DNA of 64,000 nt from Octopus sinensis (GCF_006345805.1 NC_042998.1:189906001-189970000), one strand, 5' to 3'. Positions 13,150-26,375 are shown, counted from the stretch's first letter. The notes: a model not told the origin generated them from the sequence alone. Translations and numbers: made by a program.

Positions 13150-15000
13150 AATTGCTGACCCACTCCCTGAAAGTTTTACGTGCCGGAAACGACATGTTCA
13201 GCTTCCAGTACCCGGGTCCTAGCCTACGCGACTTGTCTAGGTCGACCGTAGAGATTACAAACTTATGGTCTGAATAGGCGAACTGTTTTAAAAAGTGGAC
13301 ATCCTACACTATTACTATATATTAGGTTGTTTCACTTGAAATGTCGTATTTGAAAGGTAGCAATAAAATGTTTCAGAAGAGTTAGAGAATTGATTTATTT
13401 AATCATAGTATGATCCATGTTCATTTATGACATTTACCCAACGTTTCTCTATGTCGTATATTCCACCTTTAAAAAAAAAAGTAATCTTTTGCTGTGATAA
13501 ACTGCTCGAATGCTTCAATTACCTTTTCTCTATTTAAGAATGTTTTATTACTTATAAAAAGCTCAAAATCCTTAAATAAGTGATGGTCAGTAGGAGAGAT
13601 ATCAGTGGAATAGAGAGGATGTTGCAAAATCTTATAATTCAGGCTTTGCAACTTTTGGATCGTAGATTGAGGCATGTTAGGACGTGCATTGCGTGGAGCA
13701 AAATTGGGCCATCTCTATTCACTAGTCTGGGTTGCTTCTTTTTCAAATTCTCATACATACAATCAATTTCTTGGCAATAAGATGTTGCTGCTACCATTTT
13801 CCCTTGTTGCAAAAATGAAAAATGAATAACTCCCTTCGCAGACCACCATACAGTGACCATTAACTTTTTAGAGTGCAACGTTTTGGTGACTCTCCTGCAT
13901 CTAATCACTGCCCTGTTCTCCTGCTGTTGTCAAAGAGTATCCATTTCTCAAGTAATGATTTGATGCAAAAATGATCTTTTTCCAGTCGAGAGAGCAATAA
14001 GAAGCACACTTCGAGGTGTGGAAGAAACCTATCCGTTTTCTTGTCTTTTCCAATTTTTTTACGGGTGTCCAAAAACAGTTGTGCGAGATGTTTGGAGTTC
14101 TGATGAAAGATTTCGAACCTTTGTTCTCGGATTTTGTTCAACAAAAGCATTTAATCCATCATGCCGAATAACTGATTTTGGTCTACCCTTTGGTTTATTT
14201 TCAAAGCTATCATCTGAATGAGAGTTTTGAAACCATCTCTGAACAGTTCTGATGCCAACAAAACCATTACCGAAGGCTCGCTTGATATTCCGTAGAGCTT
14301 CTGCAGCGGAGTGAGCCAGTTTGTACTCATATGAGAAAATCACTCAACATAGTTTGGGTGTTATCATTTTCATAAGGTCTGTCGGTACAAATTTTGTATA
14401 CCAATACTATTGGGAAAGCAAAAGAGTCAAGATTAAATGCAAAGTATACATAATTGAGTTTTTAAATGACTGGATTAAGAAGTAGTTAAAAATGCGACAT
14501 TTCATGTGAAACAGCCTAATATTCCCCTAATGAAAATCCTATCTATATACGATTTAGATGACCCTAAGCGATTGGTCCAGCTCCACACTGGCCCATTAGG
14601 GAAATCTCGTCGGTACATGTCAGACAGTTGGCACTGGCTGATCAAGTGCTTGAGGTTATTGCAACCCCACTCTACTTTCAGCTACTCCCACACAATCCCA
14701 ACGTTGATCTAAGATTCCCTATTAACAGTAAAGGGGAGACGTGCCCAGAAAGGCCTCCAGGCACCTAAAGAAATCCGACCGTTTGGCTCCGGTAAGAGTG
14801 TAGATGGCCACCAGTCTAAAGACACTACCTTCACTATTGCTCACGTCCAGAACCAGAAACTTCCCGTCCGGCTCCTGGAAGATCGACTTTACCTCGAGAT
14901 CCAGTTATTTTCCGAAAAGCACTGCAACTCCACCTCCCATTCCCGGCCGACTAACAAATGCAAAGATCTGGTAGTCATCGAACATGGGGGCTAGTGCACA
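13150..15000 (-). mobile_element. L1/Tx1-clade LINE APE-endonuclease fragment, split by a mariner insertion
   Basis: The minus strand reads ...PVWSWTNRLGSSKSYIDRIFIRG (14522-14600), then after the mariner SDHK...GPGYWKLNMS (13190-13275). This is the typical end of an L1/Tx1 endonuclease domain. Confidence 0.75.
13322..14519 (-). mobile_element. Near full-length decayed mariner transposon with both TIRs and TA target duplication
   Basis: TIRs TTAGGTTGTTTCACTTGAAATGTCGTATTT and reverse complement AAATGCGACATTTCATGTGAAACAGCCTAA, each flanked by TA. Transposase pieces: RTVQRWF, GRPK, EKWILFDN, KKLMVTVWW, HPLYSTDISPTDHHLF. Confidence 0.93.
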
Positions 15001-15027
15001 TGTATTGGAAATCTTGGTCACAGTGAC

Positions 15028-15394
15028 AGTGGCTGTGTGGTAAGTAGTTTGCTTACCAACCACATGGTTCCGGGTTCAGTTCCACTGCATGGCACTTTGG
15101 GCAATTGTCTTCTACTATAGCCTCGGGCCGACCAAAGCCTTGTGAGTGGATTTGGTAGACGGAAACTGAAAGAAGCCCGTCGTATATATATATATGTGTG
15201 TGTGTGTTTCTGTGTTTGTCCCCCCCAACATCACTTGACAACCGATGTTGGTGTGTTTACGTCAAAAGAGACCGATAGAATAATTAGTAGGCTTACAATG
15301 AATAAGTCCTGGGGGTCGATTTCCTCGACTAAAGGCGGCGCTCCTGCATGGCCGCAGTCAAATGACTGAAACAAGTAAAAGAGAGTAAAGAGTA
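15028..15394 (+). mobile_element. SINE family A
   Basis: Head, body and tail match 2126-2563. Confidence 0.9.
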
Positions 15395-15891
15395 ATTCTA
15401 GAAACCTGAGGTCGTTGAGCAGGCGTCCCTGCTTCCAAGGCGACCCCAAGTCCCGAACATTTAAAAATCTTAACTCATGTTGGCAAGCTAAAGTGAGAAA
15501 GGAAAGGTTTACTTACTACCAGTTGTCTTGTGAAGGTTGGGTGGTTCGACTTCCATAATTGGTGGGGTCTTTTGGGGGGGAACCCTTTTAAGAGCATCGA
15601 CGTGGATCTCATGTTCGGGATTCCCACGTCCTCTGGAAAGCTCTCTCGAATTTTTGTGTAGTAATCGAGCGACATTCGCACCAGAAATAAATTTTCCAGT
15701 ACGCGAAATGTGCTCGATTCGAATATCACTCCTCCCTATTTCAAATTCCGTGTTTTTATTATGAGGGCCATCAGTTTCTCGTTGTCCCTTCTGATGAGTA
15801 CGAAGTTGAGTGTTTTGTGCTGATGTTGTTTAATTTGTTTGCTTGGCTGTAATGGTGATGGTCTTGTTGTTTCTGTTGTGTCTGTGTATGC

Positions 15892-15900
15892 TTATTATTA

Positions 15901-15952
<52 letters not shown>

Positions 15953-15954
15953 CA

Positions 15955-16019
<65 letters not shown>
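15892..16019. repeat. (TTA)n microsatellite
   Basis: Direct reading. It is the source of the poly-N/Y/I ORFs. Confidence 0.95.
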
Positions 16020-16020
<1 letters not shown>

Positions 16021-17111
16021 CTTTTGCTATAGGCGCAAGACTTGAACTTTAAGAGAGAAACCAAGTCGCATTCGTAGATCAGTACCTAACTGGTATTTAT
16101 CTTATCGAACCCGCAAGGACCAAAAGCAAAGTTCACCTCGGTCATTTCTGAACTCAGAACGTAAAAATAGACGAAATGCCTTTAAGCGTTTAAACAGAAT
16201 ATTCTAGATAGTAAACCAGTCTGAATTGGGTAATATTCTCTTCTCCCACTTTTGTTAACTCAAGATTTTATTCTATTCATCTAATCGCAATAGAAATATC
16301 TACAAAGCTAATACAGCTATGCTATCTCTGTTACGTACATTATGCAAAACTATCTAGGACTTTAAAGACGCACTTGAAAAGCCATTTTTTTTCTAATTGT
16401 GACATTAATAGTTCTTACTAATAGATTTAATTTTAGTAATTGCACCTGGACCAATGCGCACAAGCCAGTAAATTTCACAAAAGAACTAAAGGTAGATGAA
16501 GTATAAAATTACTTTCATACCAACAGAGCATGGTAGTTTGAAAGAGTTAATCCGAAACTAATATACCAGACAGTTCTGAATAATTCTAAAGAATAAACTG
16601 AAAGCAGAAAATAAGATTTAAAAAGAAAATAAAAAAAAAAAGCAATGAACACCTTAGCAGTCTCGGCAGTTTCAATATAATAAATTGGAAACTGCATGAG
16701 ATCGAAAAGTCAGACAAAATGAAAGAAAAACAAGAAAACAATTAACCAAATTTACATTTTATCAATCAAAAGCTGATGTACATTACATTTATATTGCTGG
16801 GAAAAAATGCAAATGACGGAAACGTTTTCCTCAGCAGGAGAAGGCCTATAAAACTATAAAATCTCGACAATTTGGCTTAAACACTTACCTTAAAAAATGC
16901 AACGGATTCAATTACAAATATTAGTGAATCATGACAAACACAAACAACAGCAAAACGAAACCAAAATCTATAGACAAGACATTGGGACTCTAACCAGGCA
17001 TAAGTATAGCGAAAGTATAAGCCTCTCTCTCAGAAGAGATTTAAATTGGGAAGATGATCACAGCAGTGTGTCTGGGATCTCTTAAATAATTCTACAAAGA
17101 AATAAACAAAT

Positions 17112-17522
17112 AGGCGCAGGAGTGGATGTGAGGTAAGTAGCTTGTTTACCAACCACATGGTTCCGGGTTCAGTCCCACTGCATGGCATCTTGGGCAAGTG
17201 TCTTCTGCTATAGCCTCGGGCCGACCAATGCCTTGTGAGTGGATTTGGTAGACGGAAACTGAAAAGAAGCCCGTCGTATATATGTATATATATATATGCG
17301 TGTGTGTGTTTGTGTGTTTATGTTTGTCCCCCTAGCATTGCTTGACAACCGATGCTGGTGTGTTTATGTCCCCGTTACTTAGCGGTTCGGCAAAAGAGAC
17401 CGATAGAATAAGTACTGGGCTTACAAAGAATAAGTCCCTGGGTCGATTTGCTCGACTAAAGGCGGTGCTCCAGCATGGCCGCAGTCAAATGACTGAAACA
17501 AGTAAAAGAGTAAAAGAGTAAA
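17112..17522 (+). mobile_element. SINE family A, full length
   Basis: Near-identical to 2126-2563. Confidence 0.92.
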
Positions 17523-17849
17523 TTAGAGTTATAAACTAACAGCTTCAGGGTACCAACTACTCTCCACAACACACAGACACACACACACACACACACACAG
17601 AGTACTATTTGTAAGCTAGAACTCTATTCTACGACGTATAAATGACCGAGATAACATTTGCCCCTGAACAGAACGTCGGTCCGTTGCAGGGTCCAATGCC
17701 AGTAATTTTGCTGCATGAAGGCAAAGCTGACCTTGATGGAATTTAAACTCAGAACGTAAAGAGCCAGAAGACGGCAAAGATGACACGAAGCCCTTTGACC
17801 CTCGTGCTGACATTTTCGCTAGCGCACCTTAAATATATATACATATATA

Positions 17850-18062
17850 CGAGTGATGCTGAAAAGATCCTGGCGTTAAGTTTATCGCGAATGGCCTGGG
17901 TGGAGGACCAACCTTTCCAAGTCCTTTTACTGGTCTTAGAAAAACTGTCGAACTGCTGCATTATGTGAATCTGAGAGGGGAGTGTGTTAAATATAATCAT
18001 AATTAACTGATCCACCTGTATTTTCTTTACTCAAAGCCAGGGAATTTTCAGCACCCATCGCG
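17850..18062 (+). mobile_element. Mariner-derived MITE (~210 bp)
   Basis: Imperfect TIRs TA-CGAGTGATGCTGAAAAGATCCTGGC and GCCAGGGAATTTTCAGCACCCATCGCG-TA. The internal sequence resembles a transposase C-terminus (EKL...LRGECVK). Confidence 0.7.
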
Positions 18063-18321
18063 TATATATATATAATTTTAAAATAAGGTGAGAAATTAGA
18101 TATTAATTTAATTAACATCGATTTCACACCCGTGATCTAGCATTAAAAAAAACTGAAGGTTCAGTAAAACTATTATAATCCATATTTTTATTACTTTTTC
18201 TTTTGTCTTGCTCGATGGTTGTTTTGCTAAAGTTATCTTGAGAACATTTCTTGGTGGTGAAACCGTAGCGGATCTATTTCTAGCATATGGGTGTCCACAT
18301 AGTGGTTTCCCTCTATATATA

Positions 18322-18363
<42 letters not shown>

Positions 18364-18528
18364 TATATATTATATATATATATAATACAGTGTACATTAA
18401 AACACATTAAGAGGCTTCCATCATATGAATCCATTACGCTAGAAAGAACAGTTAAAGTCCAAACCACTAATTAGGGATAAATTCTCGAAGGGATTGAAAA
18501 ATAAAAACATTTACCATCTAATTTAATT

Positions 18529-18602
18529 CCCAGACCATGGTTTCTGACTTATTTCAGTAAATAAAAATTATTATTTACCGAAGCTAAGTCTTCATCAGCG
18601 GG
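18529..18602 (-). ncRNA. Type I hammerhead-like motif with long AU-rich stem II
   Basis: Minus strand: CCCG-CTGATGA-A-GACTTA(gc)TTCGGTAAATAA-taattt-TTATTTACTGAA(a)TAAGTC-A-GAAA-CCATGG-TC-TGGG. Palindromic stem III ACCATGGT and GUC site. Confidence 0.65.
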
Positions 18603-18784
18603 TAAGCCTTATATTAAATATACATATAACGAGGTCAATCCAGCATGTAAACTCATTGCTCGTACATTTTATTTTTTTTTCAAATCCACTACGCAGTCGC
18701 AGTCTATTGTCGGCAACAAAGAGGGACTTCGTATATTTTACCCCAGTGTTACTTTGACGGCATGCACTGCTCTCTCACTCAATG

Positions 18785-18843
<59 letters not shown>

Positions 18844-20170
18844 TAATAATAATAATAATTATAATAATAAGGCCCTGATATTGATAACTTCTCTTTTGAA
18901 ATTCTGATACTTTTTAAACTTGCCTTGTTCTTGTTCCTTGATAATTATAACATCAATTATTTCACATTCTATTGTATATTTGCATTTTTTTCTTTCCCCT
19001 ACAACAATACTGGTTCTGTTACTGTCTGGTCATACAGTAGCAGTGGAGGGTGAAATCTCAGGATTTTGCCGTTATTACAGTTTGGTGTTAATGTCATTTC
19101 ACTCTTCTTTCTAATTTGTACTTTCATAATACTTCCCAGTCGTCGATCTGTTCGACATTATTTTAGCTTTTCTTATATTTCTTTGGAAATAATTTGCTGT
19201 ATTGACTTATCAAATGCACCGTATAAAACAGCAGCCAATTTTCTCTGATATCACATTATATTCTCTTAAAATGGGAAGGTGTTATGTCGCATGTCCGGAT
19301 GCCTCTTCTACTCTACTCTTTTCTAGTCTACTACGACTGCTACTCCCTCATAGTTGTGCTCCTGACGTCTAGGCTTCACCCTTTATATCTACGTATTGGG
19401 CTAGCTAGCCTACTTCATCGTCTGGGGGCGTTCACAAAACAGAAGGATACACAAAATAATCTTGTATTCATTTATTGCATTACACTTTATTCTCTTAAAA
19501 TGGGAAGGACACAATGGCTAATGCAATATAAATATAACTATACCTCAAAATAAACGGGATCACACCAACGTTGAATAGGAACAGCAACACAATTTCTTGT
19601 AAATCACATCTACCTTTTTAAAAAAGAGATGACATAGATTATATGGTTGTAGATGCATTTAGCTTGAATATAAAAGAGAAAAGCCATAGTCGAAACAAAC
19701 CCCATCATAGGTTTGCTAGATCAGAGCTGACTTGGTGTTAAGCACTGACACAATAAACACTTTTGCTACATTTTAGAAATAGTCGAGACTCGGGGGTTCC
19801 TTATACATAGATGCCACAGTTTTCTTTCCAACGCAGATTTCAATGCTATTAAGATTAGAAAACACACATACACACACTAATGCATACATATAAGTCGCTT
19901 TCCATCCATACATCCATCCATCTATCCATCTATCCATCGTTCCATCCATCCATGTATAAATATATCTTTGTCTTTGTGTCTGTATGTCCGTCTGTATGTA
20001 TGAATGAATTTGTGTGTGCATGTGTATGTATGTATTCATGTATATATGTATGTATGTATACATGTATATATGTATGTATGTATATATGTATGTATATATG
20101 TATGTATATATGTATGTATATATGTATGTATGTAGGTATGTTTATATGTATGTATGTATGTAGGTATGTT

Positions 20171-20202
<32 letters not shown>

Positions 20203-20421
20203 TGTATGTATGTATACGTATAAGTAACGTACTTGAGGAGAGTGTATCGCTATTGGGTGGCGGAAGAAATAGTAAACCGTTCATCGGACAAAATAAGTAG
20301 AGGCTTTATTATCTGTATCCTTTGCTTTCTATCTTCAACTCTCACCCAATTCAACTTTGCATTTATTCATACAGGAATCGATAGAATAAAAATGCGATGA
20401 GGTTGATGTGATCGACGATTC

Positions 20422-20508
<87 letters not shown>

Positions 20509-20513
20509 GTCTG

Positions 20514-20558
<45 letters not shown>

Positions 20559-20559
20559 T

Positions 20560-20610
<51 letters not shown>
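20422..20610. repeat. (TCTA)n microsatellite
   Basis: Direct reading. Confidence 0.95.
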
Positions 20611-20720
20611 GTGCTTGCATACTTACAAATACACATACATTCTTACATACATACATGCATCTATATATTCTTTTATTCTTTTACACGCTTCAGTCATTTG
20701 ACTGTGGCTATGCTGATACA

Positions 20721-20762
<42 letters not shown>

Positions 20763-22068
20763 CATACATACATTAATATGATACATAGTGCGTTTATGTG
20801 TGTGGGTTTTTGAGTATGAGTGTTCATATATATATATATAATTTCGGTAAACGCTGAAAATAGCAAATAAGGGAGGAAGAAAAGGAAACGGGAGGAATGA
20901 ACAATTAGCTGACGAAAAGACAAAGAAAGCAAAAAGACTGAATTGGAGACCAATAAAAGAAGAAGAAGAAGAATACAAATATAAAGAGGTATTTTGTTTT
21001 CCTTCAAAATACTAGCATCCATTAGATAGTGACATTAAGCTGAGGAGCTGTACCCGGATGTGACTGAGCGTACTTCCGGCAAGGCGTTACCGATGTTCAA
21101 CAATAACAATGGTGTTAGTTGAAATAGAGAAAAGCCAAGAGAGTGATTCGAATAAAGACGTGAAATCGGAGTCAGAAATGAATGATATGAGATTAAAAGA
21201 AAAGCAACGATTGAGAAGAGTTTGTGAGACGTTTAAAGATGAGCGCGGTGATGGTGCGGAGAGGGAAAGTGTTATGGAGGTATGATGTCAGTAAGAGAGA
21301 GAGAGAGAGACAGTGGTGGTGGTGGTGGTGGTGGTGGTGGTGGTGGTGATAGTGACAGCAGTGTCGAGAAGGAGGTGGGGAGAGGGAGACGGCGTTTTAA
21401 AAGTAGTCAAAACCTTGCGATGATTGAAAATGAAAGCGTATCTGAAAGAAAGCAGCTACCGAGATATAAAGAGACAAGTAGAATTGTTAAATGTTGGTTG
21501 AGAGATTCGAAGTAGGCGACGGATGTAAAAAATAAAAAGAATCCGGGGGTTGATGTGGGGGAAGAGACAACAAGAAGAAACAAAGACAAAAAAAAAAAAA
21601 AATAGACTATCGTACAATATAATATAATACGTTTAGTTAGAATTTGATGAAGTAAATTTAGAAAACAAATAAACCAAAAATGAATGTATAAAAGAGAAAA
21701 AAGAAGACTTAAATATGAGTGTGTTATTGTTCGTATTCTTGGTATTTTCATACTTGGTTCCGTTGTATTTTTACGTTTTCTATGAATCTTAAGCTTTCTG
21801 TGATTCTTCTTGAGTTCAATTTTTCCAAAGATGTTTTATATCGATATCTCATCGTTCATGCATTTTCTGTAAGTCGGTGCTTAGCTTTTATTGTTGTTGT
21901 TTTCATGAGAGAAATCAATGAAAACTGTACATATATATTATACCATTTCAGTTCAAAGAAAAAAGGACAATATATGTGCGTGCGCGTGTATGTGTACGTA
22001 TGTATATGTACAGGCGTACACGCACACACAGAGACGTGTATATACATGTGTGTGTGTGTATGTATATA

Positions 22069-22298
22069 TATTTCTTTATTGCCCACAAGGGGCTAAACAC
22101 AGAGGGGACAAACAAGGACAGACATACGGATTAAGTCGATTACATCGACCCCAGTGCGTAACTGGTACTTAATTTATCGACCCCGAAAGGATGAAAAGCA
22201 AAGTCGACCTCGGCGGAATTTGAACTCACGACGTAACGACAGACGAAATACGGTTACGCATTTCGCCCGGCCTGCTAACGTTTCTGCCAGCTCGCCTT
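22069..22298 (-). mobile_element. tRNA-headed SINE, family B
   Basis: Reverse complement of GGCGAGCTGGCAGAAACGTTAGC...GAGTTCAAATTCC...TTTCATCCTTTCGGGGTCGATAAA...GTGGGCAATAAAGAAATA. More than 10 copies in the window. Confidence 0.9.
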
Positions 22299-22329
22299 AA
22301 TGTGTGTGTGTATGTTTACACTCGTTCTT

Positions 22330-23720
22330 TCATTCTTTTTATTCTTTTAACGGTTTCAGTCATAGGATTGTGACCATGCTGGAGCACCGCCTTTATTTTC
22401 ATCCAGTCACTTTATGGTTGGAAGTTGGTCCATGATTGAGTTTGTAGCGTCTGATCTTCCGTGGGTGTATCTTTGAATAATTGGCTGGCCCTGCATCGTC
22501 GTTAGGAATTTATCCGATGTTTTTTTTCTTTAATGTCTCAGTAGCGGTTCCTGGTTTCTTTAGGTAGGCAGTTGAACAGTTGAGAGCCTTTAAATATGAG
22601 ACTGGGATAATAGAATGGTTTTGCTAGTAATTTCGAAGGTGGTATGTTTGGAAACTGACTATACCTACCGGTTCGTGCATTAGAATTCTCTCTAATGCCG
22701 AAGTTTGGAACATGCCCCTCCAGGATTTTTCATACGAATATGATAATAAATATATATATCACTTTTTGGCGTTCAAGAGAGTAGAGACGCAATGCTTTCA
22801 GACGTTCCCATTAAATGAGGCTTTTAACCGAAGATATTTTACTAGTGAGCGTTGTTTGTAATCCTTCAATTTCTTCTATTAGACTGGGTGAGTTTCGGGA
22901 CCAAAGATGTTAACAGTAATCTAATCTGCCCAGAAATAGAGTTTTTCATAGTATTAGCATAACTACCGGTTCTCTTGTCACGAAAGTTCATAGGATCCAT
23001 CCTTTGAGATGACTGGATTTACCGGTCAGTTTGGTGATGGGACTGATGAAAGATACATCATTTAACATGATTACTCCTCAGTCACTTATGTCCTTAATGT
23101 TCTGAATGATTGTATTACCTGGTGGAAAATATTGTGATCCGTGTGTAAATCCCTCCATAATGAAGAAACTGAAATTTTGATGTACTAAATTTCATAGTTT
23201 CCATCTGAGATTCAGTTCATTTTATAGTGTGACAGTATCTTCTGGATTACTTTTGTCATTGGCGTAATCCATTAGGTTGGTCTGGTGCACTTGTCACCCT
23301 ATACCTGATACAGTGATGATAAATATTAATGGTCCTAAAACCGTGTCCTGATTGATACCAAGATCCCTTAACTTATGATAAATGATTCCCTGTTCAATCT
23401 TGTCAAACACCTTAACAAAATCAAGGTATAAGCAATCAATGTTCTTTCCTCTGAAGAAAATATTAAGGATAGTATTATGGTGTTGTAATAGTTGTGACAG
23501 GCAACTTCGTCCAGTCCGAAAACCATGCTGTGTGTCATCTAAGAGGTTGTTTTCCTTAAGATATTTAAGTATTCTTTTTCGGACAATGCGTTCGATAATT
23601 TTAGACGTGTGAAAGTGAGAGAAATAGGTCCATCATTTTTTTGCAAGAAATCATCGTGTACCTTCAACATTGTTATTGAATTGAGTTTGTAAGTTAATGA
23701 CAGGAATGTCGGGTGGTTTT
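22330..23720 (-). mobile_element. Old CR1/L2-group LINE, RT region through 3' tail
   Basis: Minus-strand remnants QHGFRTGRSCLSQLLQHH (about 23480-23535), YLDFVKVFDKI and GINQDTVLGP (equivalent to GVPQGTVLGP, about 23330-23360). 3' tail GGCGGTGCTCCAGCATGG...TGACTGAAAC...TAAAAGAATAAAAAG at 22330-22392. Confidence 0.75.
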
Positions 23721-24600
23721 GCACTGGGGTAACAGCTGGGGTTGATGTTATGGAGAGCTAAAAGTTTTCTATCGATTTCTTTTGCCAAGAAAAACGTTTC
23801 TTATGCACAATGCTTAATGATATATTTTCTTTATATATCTAAAATAATTAGCTGTATCATTCTCACAATGCAAATTTGATTTTAAAAAGGCAATAAATTT
23901 TAAGCGTCTAAATAAATATTTGAGTAAATATACTGTCAATGATTTCATCAGAGAAGATGGAACACTTCCAGGACCATTTAAATCTCCGATGTTGGTGGAA
24001 TGAAGTTATCCTCTGTCCGGAGTTTCGTCCGAATGCCTACAGCATAGCGGATTCTTCTAAAGTAATGCAAGAGCAAGAGGCTATGACAGATTATATTTAC
24101 ACTCTGTACCAGTGAGATTGCACTCTGAAGAACGAGGTTACGAAACGATATTCTTAGGCAGGCAGTTATGATTGCGTTTATATATATTATAAAAGATAAA
24201 GAATTATTAATAAACGTTCGACAAATATACCTGTCTAAATATATATATGGGAGTAAGTGTTGGTGTGGAAGTGCGTATGTGTATGTGAAGTTATTAAAGC
24301 GTCCAGTGAAGTGTACGATACACGACCAAGCAGTTGAACACTATATGTTTCATTACACTCCAAAACAAATGTCTGAGGAAAAATCCGTGGTATTACAAAG
24401 ATAAATTCAATGTTAAAGGTTTGTGGCCTATAAAAGTCGTAGAGTACAGATAAATAGTAAATGTCAGGACAATAAAGTCAGGAGTAATTTACTTATAATA
24501 TATAAAGACATTTTAATTAATGATTACATAAAATCTAATATTTTCAATTTTTAACACGGAAGATATCTCCTCAATAACATTATAGGGAATAAAGAATGAT

Positions 24601-25055
24601 GGATCTTTTCGGTTTGACCGGCAGTTTTTTTTTAATAATTTCCACGTAACTAAACACTTTTAAACTTCGTATACTGGTTGAATGTGTTTATAAAACATCT
24701 TTTTCTCTTGGATTTATTGAGAAAATTCTATAGTTTGTAAGATATTTGTTGCTTTTTTTCCTTCAATTTCTGCAATTTCAACCAATCAATGACGTCTATT
24801 GAGATGAAACAGTCTGTGCCGTATGAATATGTCCCTCGTTTAAGAAACAGATTGGGTTTATTTACATTTCTGAAGAAAAAATATACCCTTCCCCCCACCC
24901 CTAACCCTAACCCTAACTAACCCTAATTAACTCTAACTCTAACCCTAACCCTAAAACAAATTGAAATGCAATAGATCGATACTAGGGTCATAATTATGGG
25001 TGACAATTTCACATGACACCGCTAGAAAAAACTGCCGTTCAAACCGAAAAGATCC
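24601..25055. mobile_element. MITE with ~30-bp TIRs and internal degenerate (CCCTAA)n
   Basis: GGATCTTTTCGGTTTGACCGGCAGTTTTTT versus AAAAAACTGCCGTTCAAACCGAAAAGATCC (1 mismatch). Flanks GAATGAT and GAATGTT. Telomere-like tract at 24898-24954. Confidence 0.88.
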
Positions 25056-26085
25056 GAATGTTAGATACTTTAGGCTGTCAAGAAGATACAAAGAGAGATG
25101 TTGTAGATAATAGGTAGACATCAAATTTGGTGTTAGTTTATGGATAATATAAATAGTTGTTATAAAATAAATTGCTTAGATTAAACGGATGATCCGATTT
25201 GTCTATCAAAGTCTAGATAGTAGAAACATGACATCGCCAAAGGTCATAAAACTATCTTAGATAAAAATGCTGTATAATCTAGATAATACGCACACACAAC
25301 CACACACACACACAACCACACACACACACACACACACACACACAGCGCTGAATTAACATACATTTAGCCTTTCTCTCACTACAGAAAACCTCATGGAAGC
25401 AACTCAGTTCATTTCCCTTGGTTTTGCTGAATACTCAAGAGAGACCACTTCATTCTACAAATGCGGAGAAAGTAACTTACAGTTACTAATAAAAAGTGAA
25501 TGTGCGTACGTATGACATGTAAAGGAATTACATCATCACTTGTTATTCCTAGTATTTTTCATATGAGTTTGTAATCTGCCTCTTCTCTGTATGGAACGAA
25601 CAGAAAAGACACGCATGATTTTCTGTTAAAAAGAAAAAAAGCCTTCGTGAAACCAGCTGGTCTCTGGTTCGTTTTCCTGAGAGAGGACTGTAATTTCACC
25701 ATGGATTCAACACACACATGCACACATATATGTTGATATGTGCGTGTGAGCGCGCATATGTGTGTGTACGCTTCTGTACGTATGACCATAAACGCAAGTA
25801 CGTATGTGTGCATAGCTACAATAGCATATGAAATATGATAGCATATTAATTTTAAATGGTTCTTGGCTTGCTTATTGAAAGAGTTAAAGTAACACCTGAA
25901 AATTCGTACTCATTCCCACTTGACTAAAGTGTAATTGTTCAAACTATTACAAGCATGAAGGATCAGTTCTGGAAATCTTCTGTGAGTAATTCACAATAGG
26001 TAATTGGATATATTTAACAACTCTTATGCTCTTACGCATAATATCTATAAACGAGAAACTTTGTCGCGGCTCGTAATGTGTTTGT

Positions 26086-26300
26086 AAGGCGATGAGATGG
26101 CAGAAACGTTAGCACGCCGGGCGAAATGCTTAGCGGTATTTCGTCTGCCGCTACGTTCTGAGTTCAAATTCCTCAGAGGTCGACTTTGCCTTTCATCCTT
26201 TAGGGGTCGATAAATTAATTACCAGTTACATACTGGGGTTGATCTAATCGACTGGCCTTCTCCTCCAAAATTTCGAGCCTTGTTCCTAGAGTAGAAAAGA
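26086..26300 (+). mobile_element. SINE family B (alternative tail)
   Basis: Family B head and central domain. Confidence 0.85.
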
Positions 26301-26341
26301 AAGAATGTGTGTGTATGCATGTATGTATGTATGTATGTATG

Positions 26342-26375
<34 letters not shown>

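Noticed and set aside
18890-19250. Possible ancient RT remnants (also 16770-17090 and 62150-62300)
   Set aside because: Only faint motif resemblance, too degenerate to support without a search.
24120-24158. CTGAAGA...CGAAAC hammerhead-like string
   Set aside because: Stems I and III do not pair.
24898-24954. True telomere or chromosome fusion scar
   Set aside because: Short, degenerate and enclosed by matching TIRs.
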